In this document: positions 1 through 13,984 of the stretch, in pieces | How the letters are laid out: every line of letters starts with the position of its first letter | Position numbering within the stretch: position 1 is the stretch's first letter | Assembly (NCBI RefSeq): GCF_006345805.1 | Contig: NC_042998.1 | Location: forward strand, 122,884,001-122,948,000 | Direction: 5' to 3' | DNA: 64,000 nt | DNA from: Octopus sinensis | Taxonomy: Eukaryota | Program-made: the position numbers and the translations under genes | Notes under the pieces: model-generated | What the model saw: the letters and a program-made list of their open reading frames with translations, nothing else | The model's database searches: none | Told to the model about the DNA's origin: nothing

Positions 1-514
1 AATTAACTAAACACCGCGAGGCAGTTTGTACGCGCGAATACGTGTAAGATATAAATATTTTATTATCGGCACATCCTCTCAAAATATGAAGTTATGATTC
101 CTTGTCACTCCGCTTTCTTTCACATATGGTAATAGCATAATTCAAGAAAATGATGGAATTAATTGGCATATTTTATACCATTTTCTGCTTCTTCAGAATT
201 TAAGCCAATATATTTTAGCCTGTTTAAGATGACATGCGTGTATTTTTATGTTTTCTACAATATTTTGATACTGCAATGCTCAGCAATAGTCATGAACCAC
301 AGCTTTTTCAGATGCACGCCTGAAATAATCTCAGCTGAGTACTGTATAGAATAGTAACAAGCCTCGATCATACATAGTTGCAATCAGCATTGATGTTTCA
401 ATTGTTCCTACACAAGCATACATACAAATATATATGCGTGTATATCTGTGTGTGAGTTTCTGTGTTTGTGAGTGTATGTATGTACGTGAGTGTGTGTGTA
501 TGTGCGTCTGAGTA

Positions 515-940
515 TGTGTGTGTGTGTGTGTGTGTGCGTGTGTGTGTTTTAGTGTGTGTGTGTCTATACACGTGTGCTTCCGTCTCTGAATGAATATTCA
601 CATCCATTTGTGTATTTGGATGTATTTGCAGTAGGTGAAAACAATGTTGATTGTCAGTATATGAATGCATACGAATATAAGTAAACATTCGACACGGTAA
701 ACGCTCACATTCTATTTCACTTCTTAAAAGATTAACTTTTAAATATGTGTACAAAATTACGTGATATTCAAAGAAATGTTTACAATATTCTATCGGTGTA
801 CATCTCTGTGAGTATTTTCATCTAAGTTTTAAGTTAAAATCTGTTTTGGCACGAAACACTGTGGCCATAAGTAACTCCTCTAGTATAATTTAAATACTAT
901 TTATGCGTGTATTGTTTGTGTATGTAAGTATGTATGCATG

Positions 941-971
<31 letters not shown>

Positions 972-1396
972 GTGTGTGTGTGTGTGTGTGTGCGTGTGTG
1001 TGTTTTAGTGTGTGTGTGTCTATACACGTGTGCTTCCGTCTCTGAATGAATATTCACATCCATTTGTGTATTTGGATGTATTTGCAGTAGGTGAAAACAA
1101 TGTTGATTGTCAGTATATGAATGCATACGAATATAAGTAAACATTCGACACGGTAAACGCTCACATTCTATTTCACTTCTTAAAAGATTAACTTTTAAAT
1201 ATGTGTACAAAATTACGTGATATTCAAAGAAATGTTTACAATATTCTATCGGTGTACATCTCTGTGAGTATTTTCATCTAAGTTTTAAGTTAAAATCTGT
1301 TTTGGCACGAAACACTGTGGCCATAAGTAACTCCTCTAGTATAATTTAAATACTATTTATGCGTGTATTGTTTGTGTATGTAAGTATGTATGCATG

Positions 1397-1429
<33 letters not shown>

Positions 1430-1440
1430 GTGTGTGTGTG
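515..1440. repeat. Tandem duplication, ~456-bp unit x2, breakpoints in (TG)n/(TA)n
   Basis: The unique text TTTTAGTGTG...CTATACACGTGTGCTTCCGTC...TACTATTTATGCGTG occurs twice. ORFs 398..754 and 890..1210 start identically, offset by 456. Confidence 0.95.
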
Positions 1441-1492
1441 TGTGTGTGTCTGTGTGTGTATACAGACACGCACTCACATACATACACACACA

Positions 1493-1735
1493 TACCGGAA
1501 AAAATGATGCTGCAGAAAATAATTTACTGCAGTGGACTTTGCCGGTTAGAGAACGTATTAATTTAAATTTAAATTTATATATAAATTTAAATATATAAAT
1601 TTAATTTAATATATATGATAGAAAGCTTCGAATGACTTCTTGTTTTTTTTTTGTATCGTCTATCTGGGTGCTTTGTTGTCCCTTTTTGTATCAGTTGTCC
1701 AGATGTTTTCCGTTCTTGTCCCATTTTGTATAATA
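1493..1735 (+). mobile_element. Short foldback plus PLE-type tail remnant
   Basis: Imperfect hairpin ACCGGAAAA..CTGCAGAAAAT / ATTTACTGCAG..TTTGCCGGT (1493-1547). The downstream GATAGAAAGCTTCGAATGAC...TGTATCGTCTA resembles 24238-24350. Flanked by microsatellites. Confidence 0.4.
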
Positions 1736-1754
1736 TATATACATATATATATGT

Positions 1755-1855
1755 AGAATAAGCGCCAGGCTTACAAAGTATACGTTCAAGGTTCGATTCC
1801 TTTGACTACAAGGCAGTGCTTCAGCAATGCTGCAGTCAAATGACTGAAACAATCG
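1755..1855 (+). mobile_element. SINE family A, 3' fragment
   Basis: GCAGTCAAATGACTGAAACAA end; inverted match to 2327-2425. Confidence 0.85.
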
Positions 1856-1860
1856 TAACT

Positions 1861-1891
<31 letters not shown>

Positions 1892-2257
1892 GTTCCGTTA
1901 AGGTTGCATCAATGAAAAAGTACGCCATCCGGTGAGATAAATATCATCTAATGTACATTGTGCTTAAAATAAAAGCTACAAATAGTTTCTTGCCATAAAG
2001 GGACTGGGATTGGTCATATTTATGTAATGTGCCTTGTGTCTCACTCTTTGTCTTCTCATTCTACTTTTTGCAAACTTCTCGACTTTTCTTGTGATTTCTC
2101 ATGTACCACTGTCTTGATTTTCAAATAAATCTAACCATGCGCTCTGAGCCTATAGGCTGCGTGGAGGTGCAAAGCCTGTTATATAAATCTGCTTAATCTT
2201 AGTGTCTCCATGGCAAGAATCTATTAGTCGATCTTATTTAAAATATTGTGTACACAC

Positions 2258-2311
<54 letters not shown>

Positions 2312-2313
<2 letters not shown>

Positions 2314-2660
2314 TTTATTCTTTTAGTTGTTTTAGTCATTTGACTGCAGCATTGCTGGAGCACTGCCTTTTAGTCGAAGGAATCGAACCTTGAACTTATT
2401 CTTTGTAAGCCTGGCGCTTATTCTATCGGTCACTTTTTTGCTGAACATCAAAGTTACGGGGACGTAAACACACCAACATCGGTTGTCAAGCGATGGTGGG
2501 ATGGAGAAACACAGACAAAAACACGCACACAAATACACACATACGACGGGTTTCCTTCCGTTTCCGTCTACCACATCTACTCACAAGGCTTTGGTCAGCC
2601 CGAGGCTATAGTAGAAAGCATTTGTCCAAGGTGCCACGCAGCGGGACTGAACCCGCAACC
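2312..2660 (-). mobile_element. SINE family A (tRNA-derived), 5'-truncated
   Basis: Colinear with the full copy at 12100-12505. Confidence 0.9.
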
Positions 2661-2704
2661 ATATACACACTTACAACTTTTTCCTTTCCTTATACTTCAT
2701 TTAT

Positions 2705-2742
<38 letters not shown>

Positions 2743-2824
2743 GGGGATTTTTATTCTTTTTCTGGTTTCAGTCAGCGATTTGTGCTATGCTGGAGCACCG
2801 ACTTTCAGTATTTTGAGATCTTCT

Positions 2825-4330
2825 TTCGATTCTGTTTATAATGAAGAAGCGAGTTGGACGAAGCTGCTCTACTTTGAGCCCATGGTCCGGATGTGGGCTC
2901 ATCGGGTATTTCAGTTAGAAACTTGTCCAGGTGCCTTTTGAACGTTTCCGGACTTGCATCTTGCAGATCTCTTAGGTTCCTTGGCAGGATGTTAAACACT
3001 TGTGGTCCTTTGAAACCCAAGCTGTTGCAATACTGGGTTCTTATCTGAGATGAAGAAGACGGTATCTTTGGCATTATACAGTACCATCCAGTTCAGTTAT
3101 TGGTATAGCTCTTAATCCCAAAGTTGGGAGCTAGACCTTCCAGGATCTTCTATATGTATATTACTGCATACCATTGTCACCTTCTCTCCACGGAGTAGAA
3201 TTTCAGTTCTTGTAGCATCTTCTAATAGCTCATCTGTTTCACCGAGTCAGTTTTCTTTGTGTAGTGGTGCTGGATTGCCTCAAGTTCTGTCACCAATCTA
3301 ACACTCTGTGGTGTCGACAGGTTGGAGCAGTAATCCAGACGACTGAGGACGAATGTCCTCCATAGGAGTAGCTATGTATCCTTATTTCTGGCTCTGGTTG
3401 ATCTAAGGATCCATCCGATTATTCGCCTGCACAGCGTTGCCATCCTGGCAATAGGCAATTGGAATATTGTATCACTACTCATGTGAATTCCCAGGTCACG
3501 CACCGATTCTAACTCTGTGATTGCACCGCCTCCTGTGTATTCCGATTGTAGTCTGTTTGTTGACCGATAGCTGAGTGCTTTTAACTTATTGAAACTGCAT
3601 TTTGTGTTCATCAGCCTATTTATATATTGCATGTAGTTCATTTTGCAGTTTTACTATGTCGTCAGGGTCTTTGACTGCCTGAGATACGTTTGTATCATCG
3701 GCATAGCTGATGAGAATGGATGACCGCACGACTAAGGGCATATCTGCGTGAGCCACTACAAAGAGTTGTGATCCCAGAACAGTTCCCGGAGTAACACCTC
3801 TGCGGATTGACGTCACATAGAGAGAGTACCATTGGCTGCAACTGCCTTACTTCTGTCCTTTAAAACGTTGTGCAGCCACTCTCCTAGTTTTCCAGTGATA
3901 CCAAAGTCGCCTTGTTTCTGACATAATCCCATGATTAACTATGTCAAAGGCTTTGGCAAAGTCGAAATATATCACATCCACATTTGCGTAGTTGAGTTGC
4001 TCTCTCAGTAGCCAATCGTAATGCTGTTGCAGCTGTGTGAGGCAGCTCCTCCTTGGGCAGAAAATATGTTGTGTGTCTGTGAGCAAGTTATTCTCTTCCA
4101 GGAACGTGAACAGTCTCCTTCTGACAATACGTACCATGACCTACTAACATGCGAAGTCAGAGAGATAGGGCTTTAACTTTTAGAATCGGCTCTGCTTCCT
4201 CCTTTATGAATAAGACATATGATGCCCTATTTTAAGAGTTTGGAAAGTTTTCACATGCAAAGAAACCCTGAAAAAGTATTTGCAACAGATTTGGAAGTGC
4301 TTTCTTGCATGTGTTTAGGAGGATAGTCGG
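2825..4330 (-). pseudogene. Decayed non-LTR retrotransposon RT and 3' end (CR1/L2/Jockey-group-like)
   Basis: Frameshifted RT motifs in the expected order: SCLTQL, YFDFAKAFDIVNHG, GVTPGTVLGSQLF, YADDT, SVRDLGIHMS, then C-terminal FKGPQVFNILP..FKRHLDKFL. Confidence 0.9.
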
Positions 4331-5759
4331 TCAGAGTTTTTGCCACTTAATCACAGGCACTTTATACTTGGTCTTTAATTCACCTTTATTATTATTCTTA
4401 TTTTAGTCCTTTGTCTGAAATCTTTCGTCATACACACTGTGACTCTCCATCCATATGTCTCTTCTTGTTCTCTTTAGTCCATCCCATCTTTCTGTCTAAG
4501 TATATAGATGTCTTTGTATGTGTATGAATATAAATATATATATAAACCTAGATTTGGACATGCGCACACATAGATGTGCTTTTGTGTATGTGTGTACGTG
4601 TACGCGTGGGTGGTGTAATCTAATAAACGAGACAAAAACAGATGCATCTAATTTGGGAAATGGATATTTTAATTTAGACAAGTGAATACTACTTAAAAGC
4701 AGTTTCAAAATTTCAGTATTTCCGTTGTAGTTACTTTATAAGATACTCATTTATTGATGTTTGAATTTCACGTGACTCTCATCGGGCAATGTTTTAGTTA
4801 AAGAAAATCTAGCTGAACCATCTTTCTAAATTTTCTATGCATCTTACGACTACTTTATTCCTCATATTCCTTGTTTTTGAAGACATTATTGTACAAGTTA
4901 AACGACTACGTGTAATCATTTTGTATCTATCTTGTTCTTGGCGTTGTCCTTGTACTGGATGTTACTCTTTACTTTAGATTAATGAATCTGTTATTGATAT
5001 TGTAGTTGTTTGCTTCGATTTTTTTATTTTGTTGTTGTTTTTATAGTATTTAATGTCACGACACAACTATGATTAGCGATGTTAAAATTATTCAATTGAC
5101 TTTAGTGGAGCAGTTCAATTTGTTGCCCATCACAGCATCTATACCACTGGGACTTTAACTCGAAAACAAGTGAGGCAGCAGTGCATACATTAGAGCATTA
5201 TATTGGCAACGTCGCTTTAAAGCGTTTTAATTCATTATTTTGACACCAGCACAACACAATTTGTCAAAGTGATTTGGCGGAAGGCCATAAAGAGAAGGTT
5301 TATAGCAGATATAACTGAAACCTGTATAAGAGTTTCGTATTTTGTCAATAGAAAATAGTTGAAAAGTAAAAGAAAATTCTGAAGAAATTAACTTCATAAC
5401 AGAAAAAGGTTATTCTTTTAATACTAAATGGTTAAGTGATGCTTGGCACTTTAGGTCCCTTCGTAGTAGTAATAATAATTTTAAGGCAAACATTCTACAG
5501 TTAACAATAAAATGGTAATGATTTTGTACAAAAATGGATATAAATACGGCAAAACATTTTATTCGAAGCTCTGTTGATCTGACACTCATAACTGCAATAC
5601 CGCTGCAGCTGCTTTTGCTGCTGCTGCTGATGATGATTATGGTGTCGATGCGAACGACGAACATAATGTCAACAACAACAACAACAACAACAATACTACT
5701 AATCATAATTACAAGGTAAGCCCTTACAGGTCCAATACTTAAAACGCGCTGAAGAAACT

Positions 5760-6470
5760 GATGCTGACTAATTTACTAAGCTCAGCCGTATTTATCTGGA
5801 CATTCCTCAATTGGTGGTAAGAAAGTATAAGAAGAGCAGAAAAACAAGGTGGCCGTGAACATTTGCATAAACGAAGATCGCTAGATCATCTTCAGATGGA
5901 GCCTTGCCAAGCAACATTGTTTCCTTTAACAACAGAACACACAATCACTATCACTAATCATATAAAAAAAAGAGTCCTACCACACTTCTCAAATCATATG
6001 AGACGCTCACTCAGAGCCCATGCACTCGTACGAAATGCTGGGACTTACTGTTACTGAGAATATTCTTCTGATGAAAATAAATCATTAGCATAGTTAAGAC
6101 TGCATCCTAAATGCCAGCCATTCTCTCTAGTGTTAAAATAGGTTCCTGACACTCGAGGAGGCTCAAGTGGTACGTGATCTCAAGTGATCTTTTGATCCTA
6201 GAAGTTTTTCGGTCTCGAAATTCCACCATTTAGATACCCAAACTTTGTGTGCTTCCGCTTTTCACCACCCTTGTCTTAGAGATCTCCGGCCGCACACTAA
6301 TTACTATACCTAGATCTTTCCTCTCAGAACAGTGGCCTTTTGGAATCTCCTCTGGTCATGCTTTCCCGCAGATGTTGAACCGCAACATTTAAATGGAACA
6401 TTGACGGTATTAATCTCACAGGTGTCCGAGAACCTTCAAAGATTATAGGCGCTGCTTGTTCAGCTTCAGC
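5760..6470 (+). pseudogene. Highly decayed LINE 3' fragment (CR1/Jockey-like)
   Basis: 6285-6430 reads RPHTNYYT*IFPLRTVAFWNLL..CFPADVEPQH. It is homologous to FPEGVDLERFKRNI on the minus strand at ~18150-18260. Confidence 0.5.
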
Positions 6471-6777
6471 GTGTAAAAGAAATGCAAAAGAATGTACACA
6501 GTAATACTAAGTACGTCATATTTTATGCATGGTTACATGTTGAATTTCACACACACACACACACACACGGACTCACACACAGACACACACACGCAAATAC
6601 ACACACACACTCATACACAAACGCACACACGCGCGCACATACACATACACACACACATATATACAACGCATTCGTTAAAATTTGCACGTCTTGAGTTTTT
6701 GTTCCTTGTGCTTATTCAGCATATATATTTGTGTGTGTGCCTGCATCGGTGTGTATGTGTGTGCACGCGTGTGCCTG

Positions 6778-6862
<85 letters not shown>

Positions 6863-6943
6863 CTCTCTCTCTCTCTATCTATCTACATTCATTCATACAT
6901 ACATACATACGTACGTACATATACATACATACATACATATATA

Positions 6944-7002
<59 letters not shown>

Positions 7003-7088
7003 CATACACACATACACATATGTATAAGTGTACAAATATGCATACATATGAATACAGACATATCTATACACGTATATACATACATACA

Positions 7089-7119
<31 letters not shown>

Positions 7120-7569
7120 TCAAGCTTACAACGTGCAAATATATAACGCAATACTAATTATTGAATAAACGAATGGATATTGGGTTTCTTAAACTTTTAA
7201 GCCCTCTTGACACAGATTTCATTTCGGTATGTTCGTAAACAATTAATAGAAAAAAAAAAAACATGTTAAATATTCATTTTCATTCGAGAACTATGGGAAG
7301 TCACAAGAGAATAACGCTTAGGGGTCAAATGTAAGTTATTTCATCTTACCTTTACGTAAAGAATAACTGAAGTAAAAGCGTTAAGAAAAAAAATTCAATA
7401 AAGTATAAGATAAAATATCTGAGAGGCAACTATAGAAGGGAGGGGAAACGAAATAAGTAAAAAGCTAACGAATAGGTAATGATGTTATGAAGATAAAAGC
7501 ATAAGTAAACAAATCAAAATCTATTAGGAGAGCATATACATACATAGATACACACACACGCACACACAC

Positions 7570-7643
7570 ATGAATGCACGCGCACACATATACATATATA
7601 TCTATATGTATGTATATGTATATGTTTCTTTATGCATACCTAC

Positions 7644-7678
<35 letters not shown>

Positions 7679-7782
7679 TATATATATATATGTTATACAT
7701 ACACATAGATATAATATGTGAATGCACGCACACACATATACATATATATCTATATGTATGTATATGTTTCTTTATGCATACC

Positions 7783-7828
<46 letters not shown>

Positions 7829-8055
7829 CACACACACATATATATATATATATGTTATACATACACATAGATATAATATGTGTGTGAGTGTGTGCGTGCG
7901 TGCGTGCGTGCGTGCGTGTGGGTGTGTGTGAACTGTGTATGTATTCTTTTATTAAACTCTAAATGAAGGGAAATAAAGCGCATAAGTTGCGTATCCCTAA
8001 TTTTAGATGATCCAGGAATTTTCTCCAATACCAACACAGACAGAGTTGCATGTAC

Positions 8056-8119
<64 letters not shown>

Positions 8120-8334
8120 TATATATATATATGTTATACATACACATAGATATAATATGTGTGTGAGTGTGTGCGTGCGTGCGTGCGTGCGTGCGTGTGG
8201 GTGTGTGTGAACTGTGTATGTATTCTTTTATTAAACTCTAAATGAAGGGAAATAAAGCGCATAAGTTGCGTATCCCTAATTTTAGATGATCCAGGAATTT
8301 TCTCCAATACCAACACAGACAGAGTTGCATGTAC

Positions 8335-8390
<56 letters not shown>
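7570..8390. repeat. Adjacent tandem duplications (~150-bp x2 and ~279-bp x2) within microsatellites
   Basis: GAACTGTGTATGTATTC...ACAGAGTTGCATG at ~7930 and ~8209; TGAATGCACGC...GATATAATATG at ~7570 and ~7720. Confidence 0.9.
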
Positions 8391-8403
<13 letters not shown>

Positions 8404-9236
8404 ATTTGTACATATATACATACATACAACTCACTCACACATAAAATGTGCTAACACACATAATTCAAGTGGGTCAATGACACGAATCTGAATAAGATAA
8501 TTCCAGTATTATCAAAATAGGTTTCACAAAGACGGTACGTCGATAATGATGTTTAATAATATTGAAGTAATTCCACTTGCCCACTAAGATAGATCATATT
8601 TCCGCCTAATCATAATACTAAGATTTGCAGTAAAATTACTGCTATATGATATTCTTGAAAATACGGGCATCTTTACTTTTAAGACTAGTAATAATTGCCC
8701 ATAGCTTATTAATTTGATTTTCTTCCAAAGAGGAGGAACATTTCAATATAGTATGTCATTCAAAGTATCGCTGCCTTCGTGAAATATATATGCATGCATG
8801 TATGTATGTATGTATGTATGTATGTATGTATGTATGTATGTATGTATGTATGTATGTATGTATGTATATATGTATGTATAGATAGATAGAGAGATAAACA
8901 TGCGCACACACACATGCGTGGAGGGTGTGCATGCAGATATATTATATATGTATATATGTGTATATACATATATGTCGATATACGTATTCGTGTATGTATA
9001 TGCTGTGTTTGCACGGATAAATGACTTTAAGTAAAATCAGTAGAAATTCTCCTACGTTTACTCACACGCAAACACACACACACACACAGGCACACGCATA
9101 CACACAAACATCCCCACGCGTGTATTTATATGATACATGTACATATATATACCTACGTGAATGTATAAATTTGTAAGGATATACACACACGCATATATTC
9201 ATATATGTACATATATACATACATGCATACATGCAT

Positions 9237-9308
<72 letters not shown>

Positions 9309-9991
9309 ATGTATGTGTGTGTGCGTGTAGTATATATCTGTGTCTGTGGTTGTGTATGTAGATGTGTGTATACGTGCGCATATTTGTATATGAGAGCTCG
9401 GAACAGAAATAGAAATTGCACTTCAGAGAAGAAAATGTGCAACACGAACATATTGTCTCTGACATGGCAATAACAGTAATGACCCATATTTTTTGCCACA
9501 TGTGAATATACCAGATCATGCTTTGCACCGCGGGTAGCATTGTTGAAACAATTGAAGCAATTCTTTACAGAAGTACAAACGCATACATGCATGCACTCCA
9601 CCACACCTATGAATATATTACATATGTCTGTGTGTAAGAATGTGTGCGCATATCTATGTGTATGCATATACTCACATACACATAGACCACAAATAAACAC
9701 ACGCTCATATTGACATATATTGTTCCATAGTTGAAATGACAGCAGCTACAAACGATGTTTAGCAGTGGTAGTAGCGAGTGAGCCACCTCGTCGTATACTG
9801 GACCTGCCTAAAACAGACGCCAAATCTCAGTCAGATCACACACTACTTGCTTGAATTTTTCCGTAACACAATAGATTTAGTGAACATTATAACTCTCCTG
9901 AAAGAGACAGGTAGGGTTGTCATAGCTGCAATGACATTGATTGGAGGTTCACATAATCGGCATTGACCTGGGGTTAAATAATAACAATGAC

Positions 9992-10049
<58 letters not shown>

Positions 10050-10479
10050 TTCTATGACTCAACAAAATATCTGAAAAACGTAGAAGCAGCGCTATGAGCA
10101 AGAACAAGCTCAACATCAATAGGAACCAAAAAAAAATTATGAACAAATAAAAAAATAAATGAAAACTATTTCTTTGAAGTAAAGATAAATGTTAAGAACA
10201 CAATAGATGTTAAGAATACAATGCAATGAAAATGAGAGAATGAAATGCATTTGCTGATATATTATTTTGCTTACACACACACACACATACACACACACAC
10301 ACACACATACACACATATATTCTTCAAGTAATTTAGTCATTATTAGTGTTTATTATTTTTGGTCTGTATTTGTTAAGTTTATCTCTCTCTCTCTTTCTCT
10401 CTTTCTCTCTCTCTATCAATCTCTTTCTCTCCCTTTCTCTTTCTATATTTTTAGCTATACGCACACACACACACACGCA

Positions 10480-10650
10480 CATGATATTATACAATATAAT
10501 ATAATATGATATAATATAGTATAATATAATACAATTTAAATATAATACAATATATAATATAATATAATATAACATAATATAATATAATATACCATGCAAT
10601 GTGATAAAATAGAATATAAAGATAATATAAAATATAATATAATATAATAT
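10480..10650. repeat. Degenerate (ATATA)n pentanucleotide repeat
   Basis: Direct reading. Confidence 0.9.
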
Positions 10651-11192
10651 ATCGTCAGCAGAATGGTTTTTGTTTCCTTTATGCAACTTTGATGGAAATT
10701 TCAACGAATTAAGAATTCTTAACGTATGCCATTCAGTGCATAACTCTTTAAATTAATTATCCAATTTCGTCTTATTTTCTCCTTATAATTAAGATTCATT
10801 TACCAACCTCAATGGCATATTTAAGGCCCCTCTTTTAGCTGCTTCTTCAAACCATGTAGGTGAGTAAAGCGATCCTAAAAAGGGTTGCTCAGACCACCAA
10901 GGTGCCGCCGATTGACATTACTGTTTCGTTCGAGTGCGGGGTCACCTGTGTGTAGGGTTGTGACTATACCTTTCAGAGCATCCATACCTGCTGAGCTGTC
11001 ATATACCCACCGCCAAACGGTTTCTGGGATGATGTGATATCCTGACTTGTGCATGACATGGATTAAAACAAGAGGGGGTTGTGCAACATCATCTGTCCCA
11101 CAATCGCGTTCCTCCCTATGCTTTCAGACAGACAGTCAGACAGACACACACACACACAGAAGTGTTAGTGTGTGTGTGTGTATGTGTATATA

Positions 11193-11264
<72 letters not shown>

Positions 11265-11269
11265 TATAT

Positions 11270-11575
11270 TGATAAAAATGTTAAGACAACAAAACAATGA
11301 AAGACACCACGATATTATGTAAATAGAGGAATTTATCTGTAAATATAATATGTGAAAATTATTCGGTAGCCATGATAAAACTCCGAGTTTCGGATGCCGG
11401 AGTGGAAATCCACACCGTCACCACTTCAGTTATCCGGCCATCGGAAGAAAACTATGAAAAATTTATAGTAATATTCCGATGGCCGGATAACTGAAAAGAT
11501 GGCGCCGTGGATTTCCACCCCGGCATCGGAAACTCGGAGTTTTATCGTAGCTACCGAATAATTGTCACATATTAC

Positions 11576-11581
<6 letters not shown>
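11270..11581 (-). mobile_element. Foldback PLE-terminus element (~118-bp imperfect arms) with hammerhead-like core
   Basis: 11339-11459 is inverted against 11462-11581. + arm: GATAA-CTGAAAA-GATG..CATC-G-GAAACTCGGAGTT-TTATC (11486-11546). One-sided tail at 11270-11338. Lies between (TA)n and (CA)n. Confidence 0.75.
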
Positions 11582-11651
<70 letters not shown>

Positions 11652-11950
11652 TAAAGGCGCATGTCATAGTGGTTAGAGTGTTGCCCTTATGATTGCGAGA
11701 TCGTGGGTTCGATTCCCAGACCGGGCGTTGTGTTGTGCTCTTGAAGAAAGCACTTCATTTCACGTTGCTCTGCGATCGTTTCGTCATCTGACATATGATA
11801 CACGGTGCACCTGCACAGGTACTGTCGATTTGATGAAGGGAATGAGCTTATGTGTACACAAACATTTGATCACTATAATAAAATCATCTGTGTCGTTGTT
11901 CGGCAATTACCGAACCCTCATACGTCGTCTAACGACGGGAGAGTCCATGT
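11652..11950 (+). mobile_element. SINE family C (tRNA-derived)
   Basis: Box A-like TAGTGGTTAGAGTG and box B GGGTTCGATTCCC; second copy at 19870-20160 (-). Confidence 0.8.
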
Positions 11951-12099
11951 TATATATATGTATATATATACATGTGCGTGTGTGTATGTGTGTGTGTGTG
12001 TGTGTGTGCGTGTGTGTGTGTGTATATATATATATAGGTATGTATAACGTATTTCGGTTAATCTAGTAAAAACTGATTGTTATACTCTCTTTTACTCTC

Positions 12100-12505
12100 T
12101 TTTACTCTTTTACTTGTTTCAGTCATTTGACTGCGGCCATGCTGGAGCACCGCCTTTAATCGAACAAATCTACCCCAGGACTTATTCTTTGTAAGCCCAG
12201 TACTTATTCTATCGGTCTCTTTTGCCGAACCGCTAAGTGACGGGGACGTAAACACACCAGCATCGGTTGTCAAGCAATGCTAGGGGGACAAACACAGACA
12301 CACAAATACACACACACATACATATATATATATACATATATACGACAGGCTTCTTTCAGTTTCCGTCTACCAAATCCACTCACAAGGCATTGGTCAGCCC
12401 GGGGCTATAGCAGAAGACACTTGCCCAAGATGCCACGCAGTGGGACTGAACCCGGAACCATGTGGTTGGTTAGCAAGCTACTTACCACACAGCCACTCCT
12501 GCGCC
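12100..12505 (-). mobile_element. SINE family A, full-length, internal (TA)n/(TG)n
   Basis: Minus strand starts GGCGCAGGAGTGGCTGTGTGGTAAG (box A) ... GGTTCAGTCCC (box B). At least 8 related copies in the window. Confidence 0.92.
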
Positions 12506-12797
12506 TTCTGAATTTTTTTCTTTTTTTTTGGCGGGCATGATGTTAGCTTGACTATTACTCCACAGTAACAGCCAAATTGCTTAGCGGAAATAATTACTAT
12601 ACTCTACCATGGTGTCGTGTCCTTTTTGTTCTTTTCTGTGATAGAAGTACATATAAATGTTTGTAAATGACAACTTCATTTCTACCGCATCCTTTCAAAA
12701 GTTCATTTTGTGTGTGGTTACGATATAGCATAGAGTTCTTTCATTGCATACATTGGCCCAGTCAGGTACACAGACTTGTAGGTGCATTTACTTCTAA

Positions 12798-12828
<31 letters not shown>

Positions 12829-12870
12829 TGTATGTATGTATGTATGTATGTATGTATGTATGTATGTATG

Positions 12871-12906
<36 letters not shown>

Positions 12907-12954
12907 CCTCTATTTAATCACATGCACACACACACATACACACATACCACACAA

Positions 12955-12986
<32 letters not shown>

Positions 12987-13403
12987 ATGTATTCTCTAAT
13001 ACAAAGGATATATTTATTCCTTAACACACTTTCACACACTGTGAACATGTCTAAAAGCGAAACTCGTGAGTTACTGGTCTATATTTCAGTCGAAATGAAT
13101 ATATTATACTCTACTTTGTAGTGAATTCTTTGAAGTTGATGTAATTTGTTTCAAAAGAGCCACCAATATCAACCACCACCACTGAACACCACCCCCCATC
13201 GCCACCACCGCCACTAACAGCACAGTCACACAAACACCAACACTACCAGCATCATTGTCATGATCATCGTCATCGATATCTATGATCATTGTCGTTGTCG
13301 CCATCGTCGTCAGGACCGCCTCCAACCACCTCACAACCACCACCATCATCATTATCATCGCTATCATCATAACATTTTATATGGATATATGTAAATTTGT
13401 ATG

Positions 13404-13470
<67 letters not shown>

Positions 13471-13642
13471 CTGTGTGTGTGAGTGTGCATATGTGTGTAA
13501 TTTTGTATCTACTCACATATATATGTATGTATATATGTACGTATTAATTATCCGTTTTAATATATTTCCATATTTTTGTTTTGATGTTGCCAAAACTATG
13601 ACTGAGATATTTTTATCAACCTTTCGTCAGTTTATATTTCAT

Positions 13643-13846
13643 CTATATGTCATCAGAGAAGGTAATGCTATGACCCTTTACAAGGCCTCTGAGACTCAAG
13701 AAAACTGGAGAGGAGGCTGTACTGACTCTGGAAACTTGACCCCGGTTGCTTACAATTGACTGCACTTTACTAAAATCATCCAAGGTGCCAAATTGTCGTA
13801 TTAAACTGGGCGACGGATTAAGTCTGCAACCCGGCAGACTTTTGAT
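13643..13846 (-). CDS. Candidate terminal coding exon of an unidentified gene (67 aa, IKSLPGCRLNPS...GHSITFSDDI*)
   Basis: Polypyrimidine acceptor TTGCCTTCTTTTATTGCAG|ATC; only the phase-0 frame stays open; non-repetitive and more GC-rich than its flanks. No homolog recognised. Confidence 0.35.
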   Translation of the reverse strand: MKSLPGCRLNPSPSLIRQFGTLDDFSKVQSIVSNRGQVSRVSTASSPVFLSLRGLVKGHSITFSDDI

Positions 13847-13984
13847 CTGCAATAAAAGAAGGCAATTTATGGATGGCAATGAAATGAAAAACGATATGAA
13901 ATGATAAATATTAAAGTAAGAATAGCTGAAGAAGAAAGAAGGTATTTCATACATTTGATGTTCTAGGTTCTTAATGTTGGTTGT

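Noticed and set aside
5534-5722. ORF with an AAG|GTAAGC donor-like end
   Set aside because: Made of (GCT)n/(GAT)n/(CAA)n repeats with no acceptor support.
6482-9700. Long ORFs (up to 221 aa) rich in YI/HT/CV/LSIY repeats, here and throughout the window
   Set aside because: They are translations of (TA)n, (CA)n, (TATC)n and (TACA)n microsatellites.
11652-11725. tRNA-like sequence with box A and box B
   Set aside because: It is a SINE head continuing into a repeated body, and no full cloverleaf is present.
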